From Selaginella moellendorffii (lineage: Eukaryota > Plantae > Lycopodiophyta), in NCBI RefSeq assembly GCF_000143415.4, contig NW_003314355.1, positions 577,410 through 641,409 of the forward strand: 64,000 nt of DNA, read 5' to 3'. The notes under the pieces were generated by a model, which was not told the DNA's origin, did not search any database, and saw nothing but the letters and a program-made list of their open reading frames with translations. Position 1 is the stretch's first letter. Each line of letters opens with the position of its first letter. Shown here piece by piece: positions 62,055 through 64,000 of the stretch. A program made the position numbers and the translations under genes.

Positions 62055-62234
62055 GCCAGAAACTCAACACAGTTAATTTAATAATGAAATAATAAAATAA
62101 TAAAATAGTGTTCATGTTAGGGGGCGACCCTAAGACCGTATTATTCTTAATTGAAAGTTAAGGCAAATGGGAATTGAACCCATGCATGCTATAACCACAA
62201 AGCCATGAACACTGGGAAATAACAAAATATAAAT

Positions 62235-62880
62235 TCAGCACCTCTTATTAGATTTGGAATGCAAAAGAATCCATCTGATTGTCCACGTGGACGACATCCA
62301 AGGGCTGCGAGGCCAGAGATTTGGAGGATCCACGCGCGGATCCTGGAGAGCAGTTACTGGCCGAATCAATACCGTCTTCATCCGGCATGAAATCAAAGAT
62401 TTCTTTGGAGGTGGCCCCCTCTGGTATTTGGAACGTCCTGTCATTCTGGGCAGTAGATTCGTCCAGGACACGAGATCCTTGGCCGGCGTTTTTGCCCAAG
62501 GTCGATTTCGCTGCCACAATTTGCCCCTGGTGCGCGAGCGCCATTATCATCGAGTTCCATGGCGCTCTGAGACGCAATCAAACATAGACTCTCACTCTCG
62601 GATGCGGGATGCCGCCACATACGCGGTGATCATCGCGTTCCAGGAGACGTTCACGGAACTCCTAATCGAACAAGGTTGATGCCGCATCGATCGAATGCCC
62701 TGTTCTTGCTGCTCGCATTTGCCAGCGAAAGGGAATATCGCGCGATCCAAGAGCCTGAACCCGGCGCGGCGGCGTGGATCATTCGTGGCGTCGCGCCTGG
62801 GGGATCGGCACGATAGAAGATTTAGCTCCAGCAACGCTGCCGAGAGCGACTTTGCGGAGAAGAGAAATCCCTCGTTCATA
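62235..62880 (-). pseudogene. PPR pseudogene fragment
   Basis: VSWNAMITAYV, PWNSMIMALAHQGQI, AKDLVSWTNLL, SKEIFDFMPD in broken frames. Confidence 0.7.
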
Positions 62881-64000
62881 TAAAAAAACTTTGATGGGGC
62901 CTCTGGCTGAACCTGTGACCTTGCCAATATATTTTTTTATTCTAGCCAGATATCCGGCCATCAGGTCCCCGTCCACAGTGTACACTAATTGCTTCTTAAC
63001 GTACCATAATGTAAACAGCGGCGCAAGAGATTTTCGTTTTGTGGGCGCATGGCGCTCAGCGCGTTGCTGCTGTCAAGCTCAAGAAAGAAACCATTCTCTT
63101 CTCGATGGAATGAAACTCTCACTTTCTCCATGCTCTGGCGAGGCCATGGCAAACAAAACGGGTTGGATGGACTCTGCATCTCAATCTGAGCAAGCAGCTG
63201 ATGTAGAAGCTATTTTTGAGAAACAAAGTATAAGTATGTTGCAACAAGAACCAGCAACATCCGTTTAAGATATTGTTCTGGAAGATGGCTTGTCTGAGCT
63301 CGAGTTTGATTTGATCCAGGCACCCTGGTCCCGGGAATCTATTCTTCACTTGGTTGTCAAAGCTGGAGGTCCATAGGTTTGGATCCTTTCAAATCCTTGG
63401 GGCGTGAGACTCGGAGCTCCAAGTTTTGATGCCTTTTCTTGGCAATAATATATTGCTCTGAAACCGTAAAAGCTTACTCACCCGCAAACAAAACTCCAGG
63501 GTTGCACCAGAGATCCAATAAACCTGTGAGAGCCTTGACCAAACTCAAACTCAATCAGCTGAGAGCAAGCTTTCTCAAAAGTTTCCAAAGAGCAGATGGC
63601 ATAACACAAAAAAGTATACCAGGTCACCAACTCATCACATCACAAGTTGCATTGTGGTCACTCCACGCCTTGGATGTTGATGAACTACAGGCCTCCATTT
63701 TATCTTGGAAAATGCTTGAGGCCAAAGGGTGGCAAAGATGAGGAATGAAGCGATCTGGACTAGACAAGAGTATAAGTAAAATGAGCACGAGAAGAACCAT
63801 ACATACCACGGAAAAGCAGTGCTTGTGCTTGTGAGCCTAGTTTGAAGATGTCTAAGACTGAGAAGAAAGACCATGCTGCTCGACTCATAGAGCATGCCCG
63901 GCAGCAGCAGACTGCCCGGGTAAAGAGCCCTTTGGATTGAAAATGTGCAGCAGTAGCGTATAATGGCAATGGCGGTGGTTTTCCATGGCATCGTTCTTGA

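Overview
Eukaryotic plant nuclear DNA with a very compact gene layout: 50-80 bp introns, often 0.1-0.2 kb between genes, telo-box promoters and PLS-type PPR genes. This architecture strongly suggests the lycophyte Selaginella (inference, not a database result). 1-28.6 kb is a dense gene block: plastid-type AI-2E transporter, DUF1639, TRM13, tau GST, CDC73, AP-2 sigma, SPF27/MOS4, RZ-1, RING-variant E3, G-patch/R3H, FBS-like F-box, a secreted Gly-rich protein, a tandem UGT array (2 intact, 1 pseudogene), kinesin-12 and a GA3ox-like dioxygenase. 29.0-46.1 kb is a nest of decayed Ty3/Gypsy elements: a short-LTR host contains a chromovirus, which in turn contains a solo LTR with an internal satellite and an antisense copy of its own family with a GACAT TSD. 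47.3-52.7 kb holds SRP54, a PPR gene and RPS14. 53.4-64 kb holds antiparallel nested Copia remnants, RING and PPR gene debris and a 204-bp tandem repeat. I found no unmistakable novel multi-gene system. The best leads are the plastid-targeted AI-2E transporter, a duplicated promoter with six P1BS boxes, a 51-nt U12 intron, UGTs with an atypical PSPG box, tRNA T-arm mimics in a chromovirus 3' region, and repeated antisense self-nesting of retroelements. Exon and element boundaries were read by eye and may be off by a few bases.
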